From contig MCFE01000018.1 of assembly GCA_002104905.1 (NCBI GenBank), forward strand, positions 62,001 through 126,000: DNA of 64,000 nucleotides. The letters run 5' to 3'. This document shows positions 25,601 through 36,789 of the stretch, piece after piece; positions within the stretch are counted from its first letter, which is position 1, and the number at the start of each line of letters is the position of its first letter. Source of the stretch: Basidiobolus meristosporus CBS 931.73. Taxonomy: Eukaryota > Fungi > Basidiobolomycota. Below the pieces are notes generated by a model. It was given only the letters and a program-made list of their open reading frames with translations, did not search any database and was not told the origin of the DNA. A program made the translations under genes and the position numbers.

Positions 25601-27313
25601 CTGATTTTTCACCAATTGGCTCATTTTCTGTTCCCCAATGTGTCCTAGCCTCCAATGCCACGTCTCCCAGTTGGTTTCATCAGTTTCAGCAATGTTGACA
25701 TACTCAGGTACAATGATCTTGCATTGTAACTTGTATATATTGTGATCTCTGATTCCCAAAGCTAATTTTTGTCCATTTTCACTCAATATTGAGCAGCTCA
25801 GCTTAGTAAAAACAAATTTCAGTCCCTGAGTAGTTGCTTTACTGACTGAGAGTAGGTTCTTAGCTATTCCAGGTACATAGAGTACTTCAGTCAGTTTTGC
25901 TGTTGTTGCCCCTGAGTTATCACTCATATTTAGTTGTATAGACCCACTGGTGGTAGCTTCCAATGCAGAGTTATCTCCCAGATAAACCTTTCTTACAAGA
26001 ATAGTCTTTAAGTTGCTGAACCAATCCTTTATACCACAAATATGCTGTGATGCTCCAGAGTCAATATACCATTCATTACTTTGGTTACTTGCACTCTCTT
26101 GTACAGTGACAAATAACTGTTCATCAGTAGTTATATGGTTTGCCTGCTCTAGTTTCTGTTTTTTGTCTGCTTGTTTCTTCTTGCATTCTCTTGCCCAGTG
26201 TCCTGGCTTCTTACAGTAGTTACAGCAGCCAGGTTTTCTTTGGTTTTGTTGCTTTCCCTTCTTTTCTGTATTCCTTTCTGAACTGAATAAAGCATTGTCT
26301 TCAATTTTCTCTGCTTGATCATTACGTCTGAGTTCTTCATGGAGAAGTCTTCCTTTGACATAGTCTAAAGTCAAGTTGTCTTCTCTGCTTTCAAAAGAAA
26401 GTATGAGTGGCTCATACTTGTCTGGTAGGCTGCAAAGCAGACAGAGTATCTTTTCTTCATCATATACACCCGCATTAATACTGTAAAGTTCTTCTGCTAG
26501 TGTCTCCATTCTGGTAATGAGTTGTAGCATGTCATCATCTGGCTTTTTTCTCATGTTGAAGAACTTTTGTTTCAAATAAAGCTTGCTTGATACTGACTTT
26601 GCTCTAAAGATCTTCTCTAAGGATTCCCATGCTGCTTTGGCAGTATTTGAGGCATGGATTTGTCCAATGAAGGAGTCTTGCACATTGATGCATATTGCAT
26701 TGAAGGCCTTTCTCTCCTTCTCTTGAAACTTCTCCGCATCTTCTGCTGTTCCTTTGGGCTCAACTTCCTTTTCTGTTACTATGTTCCAAAGCTTTCTTTC
26801 CTCAAGGTAGATCTGCATCTTGATTCTCCAAAGTCTGTAGTTCTTCCCATCAAACCTCTCCTTTACAGGGAAGATGTTGGTATTGCTTTGTTTGCTGGTA
26901 GAAGTCATCTTTAGAATAGATTAAGGCAATTGGGGCTCATAACCTGTTGCAATTTGAGAAGTGATTTGGATATAAGGAACTTATCAAGAAATAGTGATAA
27001 TAGTTGAACTATTGTTTATTCATAAAGAAGCTCAGTATTTATACCTTTGTAGAAGTAATACAGCTGCAACACTAAGTAGGGAGGGTTTCTCAATATTCAG
27101 GAGCATTCTGTAACAGTTTCAGGGTTAGTACATAACGTTTGGTAATAGTGCTAATTTGATCCTGACTATAGGGGAATAATCATAAGATCATATATCTGGA
27201 GAAAGTGGCAAAGTTAAGGCAGTAAATGAGTCCTAAAGTGACTAAGACTAGCCTAGAATGGTTAAGTAAATTTTTAGCTGCTGAATGATACCAAATAGTC
27301 CAATATTTCAACA
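22633..27313 (-). mobile_element. Full-length Ty1/Copia retrotransposon (family E, Hemivirus-type PBS)
   Basis: 369-bp LTRs 22633-23001 and 26945-27313 with about 5 differences. TSD GTTGC. PBS GGTTATGAGCCCC (26932-26944). PPT AGTTGAGGGGGTG. Confidence 0.98.
22996..26908 (-). pseudogene. gag-pol: Copia gag-PR-IN-RT-RH polyprotein with three in-frame stops and one frameshift
   Basis: FDGKNYRLW, CNYCKKPGHWARECK, WYIDSGAS, WHWRLGH, L*SDNGGEY (CGA>TGA), RT YVDN (GAC>AAC at a CpG), RNase H motif GYSDSD. Confidence 0.95.
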
Positions 27314-27967
27314 GTTGCATGATGCATCCCATAGGGAAAAATCAGCAGTAACATTGGTTCTCCCAAGTACTTCAAATGAAACCATTTAGATGTTGAAGTG
27401 CTAGAGAGATATATTGGATGTGAAATGGAAATTTAGAAGAGTTATATGTTATTCTTAATTGATTCATTGAGTTACAACACAGTATTGGTACTTATTACAG
27501 AACTATGTAAATGTAGCAATTGTTCATTTTTAGAGGAATCTCAGGAGCTCATGTGCTAAGTTTCGGCTCATTTGGGCAAGCTTCAAATTTCCCCAAAATT
27601 CTGTACTTTACTAATTCCTAATAATTAGCGTATATCTTGCAAACTAATTTCCAAGTTGATATTCTGAAATATATTGCTTAACCAAGCACTAATTCATAAT
27701 ATAATAATAATTAGGCTGACTCATAATTTTTTCCACAGCTAATGCCAGTATACATATTTATAAGTACCAAAATTTATCACTAATGTTTCAGTTTCAAGTC
27801 TCAACTCATTATTAGTTCATCTTAGACAACCTCCATCCATCAGCTTACAAGCACAGCCCAGACCAGATAAATCAACATTGGATCTATTCAAGCACTTACC
27901 ATATAATTCAAATTTGGTCTATGTATCTACAACAAGTCTTAATACATATGAAAGGGCACTATTCATT

Positions 27968-28505
27968 AGACTTGTACTGTTGAATAGTGCCATATTGGGC
28001 CATGAGTGCCAAGTAATGCCAATATGTGCCAAAGAGGCTGGTAGGCCCAAACTTGATCCCAGATGGTAAAGTTAGTTCTATCTCTTATACTATACCCTCT
28101 GTGCTGGAGAAACTTAGTCTTAACCTTATTTCTAGGACTAAATGTGTGCATGATGTGTTAGAGCTCAGAAGAGCTGAAGACATGCATTGGGTACTCAATA
28201 CCCATATTGCTCTGAATCTAGCTCCTAAGGCATGTAACAGGTTACAATAATATGTGGCACCCACATGATCCACTGGCACTATCTGGCACTTCAGGTGGTT
28301 TGCATAGGTATTACTTTAGGGCTAATTTCAAGATATAGTGCTAGATAGTGCCTGGAGACCAAGACAGTAACATGTATTGCAGTAGGCACAAGGGCTACTT
28401 TGCTTGATGACAGAGTTTTTTTTACACTCTGTGGCTAAATATAAGTCTACTTGGCCTATTGGGTAAACTATGGCATTATTTAGCATTATCCAATGAAGCA
28501 AGTCT
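27968..28505. mobile_element. Foldback MITE, copy 3 (internally deleted, diverged)
   Basis: AGACTTG...CAAGTCT ends, the same tagtgcca/tggcacta motifs and a homologous central spacer. Confidence 0.8.
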
Positions 28506-29461
28506 ATCAGTCTATCAGAGCTGGATATTTCAGAGAGTCAACATATATGACAGAATTCAAGAAGAAATCTGGGGGATGAGTTCCACATCAAGATGCCAGC
28601 AGATGTATGAATGAAGGTATTTGACAAGACAAGTATTGAAACAAGAATGAGCTAAGAATGTTGTGATTTGAAGAGGAGTCTAAGGGCAAACATTTCCATC
28701 TACAATTTGTACAGTATGAACCAGGTACATTTGTTTATGCCTCAACTTCAATAATCAAGGAGATTTTGAACAAGTTTTTGACTAAAATGACTAATGTACT
28801 GTGTGACATATTGGTAAATCCAATTAGCTTCCAAGAGCAATATACTAAGGACTCTTCAAGACAATAGTTCCAAAACATCTAATCAAGAGTACATGAGCAC
28901 CTTGAAGAATTCAAAGGTGAGCTTCAAGAAGAAGATCACTGACTATAACCAACTGCTTCTAGATAACACCTGAATGCTTCAGTGGAGTCTTTATAAAGAA
29001 TTGCAACTGCGGCACACTGGCACACATCAATCCAATCAAAAATCAACATTTTTCACAAGAGCACAATGCACCAGGTCATTGTGCATAGTGTCAATGCATG
29101 TGGCAGAAGGCAAAACTACCAGGGCCTGCTCAAATTTGTTGGAGTGGGCATAGTTGTGCTTGCATATAGCATTACCTCTGACTTGGCTAAGGGCCTTGCC
29201 AGCACATCATACTATTCTTGCACATGCTGCTACACCTGGCCATCAACAAGCTACCTCAGGTGGATTGACTAATGATGACCTACTTCCAGTAGGTCCACTA
29301 CTGTTTTGTTTAACAGGTAAAAGAACATGTCAGCATGTAGCACTCCAAGCCGGTTCCAAAACTTTATCTGGTGCTATTCAGAGTGGGCAGGCTGTAGCAT
29401 TGCACTTGTCAATTGTGTGGCAAGTCACTAACTAGAAGTACCCAAGTAGCCAGGATGATAG

Positions 29462-29830
29462 TGTTGTGATCTATCACTTGAATATTTAAGTTAGATCAGT
29501 TTTTAGTTCCATCAATTAGTTTTATGTTTATACTATCTGTATATCAGTGTTATCTATCCAATCAGTAGTATTAGTCAGCAGATGAATCTGCATATTCTTA
29601 TTGGACAGAGATAGGTATATTCAGTATGACCTAATTGGGTGATGATGACACAATCAAATGAGTCATCAGCTACCACTTACATTAGGAAATCCAATTAGTC
29701 CTCAATTGATCTGGTAAAATGTATACAAGGAGCTGTTGGAGCCTAAATAAAAGTCAGCTCAAGTTTCAATGACTACAATACTAGCTGAGCTCCCTGTTCC
29801 TCTACAACTCTTATATCAAGAATTATAACA
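29462..29830 (+). repeat. Family G Gypsy solo LTR
   Basis: Aligns end to end with 8449-8817. 4-bp TSD ATAG. Confidence 0.88.
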
Positions 29831-30559
29831 ATAGTCAACAAAAGAAGTGGTCTAGGCATGAAAAGTGAATTGCCACCAAATACTTCTGTAGTGATCCTGG
29901 TGAGAAAAGAGACAAGGGGAAATGATGTAATCATGTTGACTTCCTATGATTTTCCATAACACAAACAAGATGATATGTTTGCAATTTAAATCAAGCCATT
30001 GGAAACCAATGATAGTTAATTTCTTGATAAAAGTAATATCTAAGTTGTCTTGCACTTGAGACAAAACCCTTTTGAGTAAACACTTTGCATATATGCATCG
30101 TCTATAATACTAGTGCAGCTATTTCATCTATCTTGTAGCTACCTGGTTACCTGTGTGCTAGCTATGACACTTTGTCCAATAAATAAAGCCCAGGTATTAT
30201 TTGCAGAGTAGGCCAGCTCTGATACTTTATGGCAAATGAGGTAGCTTGTGTGTGAGTGAATTAGCTAATTAGGAGCTAACATATTTGGAAACTTTTGGAC
30301 CAATATGCCAGTGACATGATGTCAAAGCAGAATAACTGTAGCCCATATGATAAGTATTAGTATGGGTTATAGTGCAATATGCATTTGTTTGCATTTGAGT
30401 TACAGCAAGATATCTATATGCCAGATCTTACCTACAATAGTAGTGGTATCAAATTGTGCATTTGATACAGACATTATAAGTTGGTGTAATAATTCATGCC
30501 AACCTCATTATGTCAAATTGTTCAATATGTGCAAGATTGCCCCACATGGTGCAAAATTG

Positions 30560-30790
30560 GCCAAAAGCAATCTTGCCTACTGGTACTACAATATGGCACC
30601 CAGTGGCTTTTAAAGACCTATGATTATACTACACACCCTAGCACATTAGAGTAAAACAGGTCTAACACCAATCCAGGGCATCCAGTCCTTGTATTGTATT
30701 GTTGCATATACATATGGATATTAATTGGAGCTTGCTAGAAATACCTCAGGAAGCATATATATTAGGCTGTAATATAATTAGTCTAGGGCT
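30560..30790 (-). pseudogene. Degenerate CMC/EnSpm transposase remnant
   Basis: atccagggcatccagtcc...tattaattggagc aligns with 37800-37870 (APINIHTHMRQYKCKDWMNW region). Confidence 0.55.
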
Positions 30791-30837
30791 TGCTCTGGAA
30801 TGTAGAAGGTAATTGGTTGTATACAACAACTTTCACT

Positions 30838-31205
30838 TGTTACAATTCTTGATATAAGAGCTATAGAGGTATAAAGAGTTTAGCTAGAATTGCATTACTA
30901 AAACTTGAACTGAACTTTATTGTGGTTCCACTAGCTCCTTATATACACTTTGCAAGCTCAACTGCTGATTAATTGTATTTCTCAATGTAGGTTGTGGCTG
31001 ATGGCTCATTTAATTGCATTGCCATCACCCAGTTAGATCCTACTTAATATATCTTTTTCTCTCTGGTAAGAATCCACTGAGCCATCTGCTGACTAATACT
31101 ACTTATTTGATAGAAAACACTTATATACTGATAGGCTATACATAAAACTAATTGATTTGACTACAAACTGATCTAACTTACACATTTAAGCAGCAGATCA
31201 TAACA
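30838..31205 (-). repeat. Family G Gypsy solo LTR
   Basis: Aligns with 4257-4625. Flanks cact/cagt (4-bp TSD with one mismatch). Confidence 0.85.
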
Positions 31206-31289
31206 CAGTATGCAGATACTTTGATAGCTTATTAGGAGCTTGATGTACTGCTAAAGGTTATAACTTTCACTTTATCTTGAATATTAAGC

Positions 31290-32090
31290 TTAAGATATAA
31301 TATAGGCAGAGTTGTTAGCCACTATAGCAAAGTTCTGACTTACTGTCAGCTATAGGGCCTAATTACTTTTAAGCTACTTTTCCTTTTTTGGAAGGCACTT
31401 TCCTTTCTGAGGGAACATGGCATATGCTGGAAACTCTGCGCTCCCCCTTAACCTAAGGAGCTGTAGTATAGGGGCCTTAAATGGGATGTCTATATGAGTG
31501 TTTTTGGAGTACAGAGGCTTTTCATTGGGGACTTTCCCAACATGTAGGTAATAGCCTTATTGCAAGCAATATACATAACACAAGAGTATAGTCATTTCAG
31601 CAACACAGATTGGACATAGACTCAGCACCTGTTAAAACTTTACTGTATTTGATCAGCTAGATCAAAAGTTACCTCCAATTGAAATTACCATAGTGTGCAT
31701 AGCAGTGGAGGGCTAGTATATTTGGCTGTTAAACTCCTTTTACCTTGACTCCTTGAATACTGCCTCAAGTGAAATATTACGGTAATGGTACACTCTCCAG
31801 TGTTACAGACACCCTCAAATATCTAAAAAATTGTTTAATTTTCTCAATATCTCAAGGGGCTCATTCAACCTGAACTGCCCAGTTACAGCTTGTTCATTGG
31901 TGTAGGGGGACTGTTGAATACTTTCCATTACCACAGAGGACAGTGTACTAAAGCTTCCAAAGTCAAAACAACTGTATACTCCACCAGCAGGGGCATGATA
32001 AGTATGAAGCTCTGGTCAATAGTTACAAACACAGAAAAGTGTATCTACCTGTAGAATAACAAACTTGGGAAAGAATCAAACATAGAGCAA
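31290..32090. repeat. Mosaic of a decayed LTR-A, a transposase fragment and an LTR-B fragment
   Basis: The LTR-A-like sequence ends ttccattaccaca at 31935. About 31790-31910 matches 37890-37980. 31945-32090 is the reverse complement of about 36060-36190. Confidence 0.6.
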
Positions 32091-34268
32091 CTTGAGTTTC
32101 TTCTTTGTAGCATATTTTTACAACAGTGGTAGGATTGATGTGGCAATTTTGCAGCACCTAATAGAGTCTGGGTGTCACATAGAACTGGCTTAAGAAGGTC
32201 TCAAGAGCATGTGTGCTGAGTATGGGGCTGTTTGGACAACTTTCAGAATTTTCATGTTTTGGGTACCTGATACTTTGGTGAGAATATTTTAAGTAAGTTC
32301 TAACAAGGAATATAGTCAATATTCCATAAGAGCTCTAGGTACTGATACAAGTGACTAAGTTAGGTGCATATTTTGGGGGAATTAGCAGCTTTTATAACAC
32401 TGCCACTCAGCTAAATGCTCATGTTGACTAGTCCTAATTTTGGCATGCTATATTCATATTTTCTCTAGCAAATTGTTTGGTAAATATGTCTGCAATCATT
32501 TGATTTGTAGGACAATATACTAAGTTAGCCAGGTTATTCTCTATAGCTTCATGTATGAAACAGGGGCTGATGTCTATGCTCATAGCTCTAGCATGAAAAG
32601 TTGGATTTCTATCTAATTGTATACTGCCTTAGCTATCTTGAAATAAAGTAATAGGTATTTTTGACATAAGCCTATATCTTTGAAAAGCTTTCATAACCAC
32701 ATTGCTTCTTTTGCAGCTTCACAGGCTGCCCTATACTCTGCCTCTGTTGTAGACAGTGCTATGGTTGGTTGCTTTCTTGACTTCCATGATATTGGTCCTT
32801 TTGTGTGAAAGTATCCTTTGTCCACAAGTCTTGATTTGTATCTTTTAATTGTACCATCAGCCTTGTATTTTGTCATGAAGTCCCATCTACATCCAATTGA
32901 TTTTTGATTGACTGGTAACTTGTCTAAGTCCCAAGCTTGAATACCCCTTGCAGCCTGATACTCCTCAGTCATTTCAAATCTCCAAAGCTTTATTGGGGTG
33001 CTATTTAGAGCCTCCTTCACAGCCAGGGGTGCATTAATATGCACTGGATAGACATAGGTTAAGCTTGTACCCTCATTGATATAGTAATATGGGCTATTTC
33101 TGGTTTAGTTGGATTACCTGGCTTGTGACACTGGTATGACCACTTCTAAGATATTTTTAGGCACTGAATCAGCCTGAACCATGGTTGAGAATCCTCAGGA
33201 TTAAGAAAATTCTCATTGCTTTAGTCTAATTCAATCCTGACAATAGGTGGATTTGAGATCAGATTTTTTTGCAATCATCCAATGTCATTTTTCATGAGAT
33301 TTTTAAGTTTCAGTAAAGAGCACATCCCTGGACTTGATCAACTTCTTTGCTTTGGTATTGTAGAGTCTGCACACTTTACACTCATTGCAATAGCCCAAAA
33401 ATATGCATTATACACTTTCTAGCTCCAATTTTTGCCTGATTTCTGGTCAGTTTCTATGCATATACTGTGCACCCAAATATTGTTGGATGCTCTGCGCTTG
33501 GTTTGTATCCATACCATGCCTCAAATGGAGTAGAATCATCAAGTATTCTGCTATAACTCCTAGTTGTAACGTACACCACTGTGGCACTGATTCTGCCCAA
33601 AAATTATAGGTTAATTCTTGATCATGGATTATGCTCTTGTCATATCTATTATTGATTTTCTTGCACATTCTGCTACTCTATTTTACTGTGGGCATATGGC
33701 CCAGGAGTCTCTTGCTTTCACCTATGAATATTGCAGAAGTGGATGAAGAATTCTGAGGTATATTCTCCACCATTATCATAATGTCTTTTCTTAATTTTTC
33801 AACAGTTTCTCTCTCCGCTATGGCTTTGAGCTCCCTGAGCTTAGACAGAGCTTCTTCCTATATTTCCATGATGTAGACCCACACGTATCTTGTATAATCA
33901 CCAATAAAAGGGCTCAAACACTTCACCCTATCTATGTACAAACTTTGCATAGGTCCACACACATGAGAGTGGGTTAGATCTAACTATTTCTTGGTTTGAT
34001 TAACCTAGGGCTCTTGAACAGATGACTGGTATGTTTCCCATATATGTAAGCTTGAAGGTGCTCCAAATTAGCTGGGGGATTAATTTTTACTCCAGAAATT
34101 AGCTAATCTATGATCACTTTGTGCAAATAATCAAAACTGATGTGTCCAAATCTCTGGTGCAAGAGCATTGGTGTTTCTTCATTTAAGTTACTTATATTGG
34201 TCTCCAGATATGATGGAATATAGGTCAAATTGTATAGATTCTGAACTTTGATACCCAAGGCAATATGG

Positions 34269-36436
34269 TGTAGTGGGGTTGCAGTGACACCCATTGACAC
34301 ATGTGCTCATTCCTATATTTTCTACTTCACTATTTCTCTACTACCCTTATTTTAGTTTTATCCCATTTGTCTAACTTGATCAGTACTATCCCATAAGCCG
34401 GCTGACTATCACAGCTGCTTACCTTATTGCATAAGTTATCCCTCACTTTATGTAAGATTACTAGCTATAAGTGCTTCTATATTAGGCAAGTACCCGCACC
34501 AGTACCCGTGACACTTGATCAATCTGTGTCACCATCCCTACCATTTTCATACCACATATGGTATCCCTAAGTTACACAGGTTTCATGACACTGATTCCTG
34601 ATTGGTTGGATGTGCTGTGCCTCTTGGAACCTTCTGGCACATACTTAGAACATTCTTAGCTCATTCTGATGTCATTAAGATTTCTATTGATATCTGGAAC
34701 CTTCTGGAACACCATGATTAGTAATCACTTAGCCAGTGAGAAAAGTATATAAGGGAGGCTATCCCTCAAGCATAAATCATCATCCCTTTATCAATATATC
34801 AACTTGTTGATTAGTGTGATCACTGCTACCTGCTGCTACCTGAACTTCCAACCCCAGACCACAGGACACTCTGTGGTAATGGAAAGTATTCCATTACTAC
34901 AATATCTCTAAACCAATATTGCACTCATTTCTTTATTTTGCTTTTTGCTATTGTAATACACAAGAGAAAGATCAAGAATTTCCAACTTTGAAGAGCAAAT
35001 GCTCCAGACCCTGACAAGCAATCCACCCAAGAATATTATGTCATACAGAACACGTAGTAGCCAACACATGTTTCAAATTACAGCTCATTTGAAGCAGTAC
35101 TTAAGGAGTTATGACCAAAAGAGTCCAATTATTATATATACTATGCCTTATTGCTAGGATTACTATGGTGACTTTGATAGCGTGTAACTTTCAAACCAGC
35201 CAATCAAATCACGTGAAATTTTCACAGGTGCTGCGCCTATGTCCGATCTGCCCCACTGCAAAATTTTAGCTTTGTTTCACGTGTATTGCTTGCGCAATCG
35301 CCCAAAAACTTTGATCCTTCAAGATTTTCATATATATGACTTCCCCAGCTGAAAAATAAAGAGAGCCTCTCTTTCTAGAATCTCCACACTACAATTACAA
35401 GTTTAAAGGTTATAAGACTTCCCCTGCATCACTTGCACTGTTGAGTATTCTGACTTTGATTGGTACTACATCAGTAAAGAGACTGCAAAGCACACAAGAA
35501 TCCAATCTAAGTTCTACAAGAAACTACCACTTTTCTGTCGGAAAAGTCCCCTCTAAGAAGCCCCTTTACTCTAAAGACACCCCTTTAGACACCCCTTTAG
35601 GTCTAAAGACCCCTTTAGAGACTTCTACAACACACCCCTTTAGGTTAAAGGGGAGTTCAGAATTTCCATATTAGGAAATATTTTCTCAGAAAGGAAAGTG
35701 ACTTCCAAATAAGGAAAAGTTACTATAAAAGTAAATAAGCCCATTAGTCGACAGAAGGTCAGAACACTGCTGTAGAAGTGATAAACACTGCCTACAGTAT
35801 ATTTTGAGCCCAAGATTGAGGAAATTAGTGAAAGTTATATCTTCTATTGGTATATCAAACTCCCAATAAACTATTTCAGTATTAGCATACTGGAAGTTGT
35901 TGTATATTGTTGATTAGCCTCTACATTGTAGAGCAAGCCCCAAACTAATCATAATACAACACAACAACTCCCAGGAAACTGTGCTGACAGCCAACTGACC
36001 TTGGAGGCATTACTTGTGAGGAATACTCAGAGTAGGTATTTTTTATTTAATTTGATTCTTTCCCAAGTTTGTTCTTGTACAGGCAAAGATACTTTTCTGT
36101 CTTTGTAACTATTGACCACAGCTGCAATCTTATCAAGTCCCTGCTGGTGGAGTTTACAGTTGTTTTGACTTTGGAAGCTTTAGTACATTGTTATCTCAAA
36201 GGATGCTGAACCCAGCACAAACTTTTGTTAAGACGCCAACTAAGTTGGGGATTGTAGCTCAATAGTTTTCCCTTGACAAGCTTGTGGCTTTATTCCCCAT
36301 TGCATTAGATTAGAGACAGAACTCAAGTATTCCTAGCAAGCTTTTGCCAGAGGTTATTGCACCCAGTTAACACCCCACACACAAAACACTTGAGAAGTGT
36401 TGATGTATCTCTCCCTTGGACTTATACACCACCTCA
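34269..36436. repeat. Solo LTR of family B (~1.07 kb) containing a family A solo LTR
   Basis: TGTAGTGGGG start, colinear with 42868-43939. 4-bp TSD atgg/acgg (one CpG-type change). Confidence 0.9.
34872..35966. repeat. Solo LTR of family A (1095 bp)
   Basis: TGTGG...ACAACA. 4-bp TSD ACTC. The empty site (ggacactcccagg) is visible in the LTR-B copy at about 43465. Confidence 0.95.
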
Positions 36437-36789
36437 ACGGACACCATTCTGATCAGTGATCCTGCATCCAGAATTGTCAAAGCTGAAACTGAGTCCTGTT
36501 GTTGTGACCTTGCTTACAGATAGTAGGCTCTTGGCTATTTCTGGTACATAGAGTACTTCTTTAACCCTATGAAAAATAATTTGGTCCTGCAGGTGGATCC
36601 AATCCAGATTGTCCATCAGGATCCCGCTAAGAGACCGTCATAATAACAGCAGCTTGGAATTAGTAACCCTCCTGACAATCTTATAAAGAGATCATGATGG
36701 TGTTTTGCAAATTTTACAGCCAAATAAAGGGATAAAACTTGACAATTTTTGATTGGTGCTGTGACAATATTTGCATGGTACTGTTGCGG

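Noticed and set aside
29380-29440. HCTCQLCGKSLTRST, resembling a C2H2 or SWIM zinc finger
   Set aside because: It is a short match in a stop-ridden frame with no completing His residues or supporting domain.
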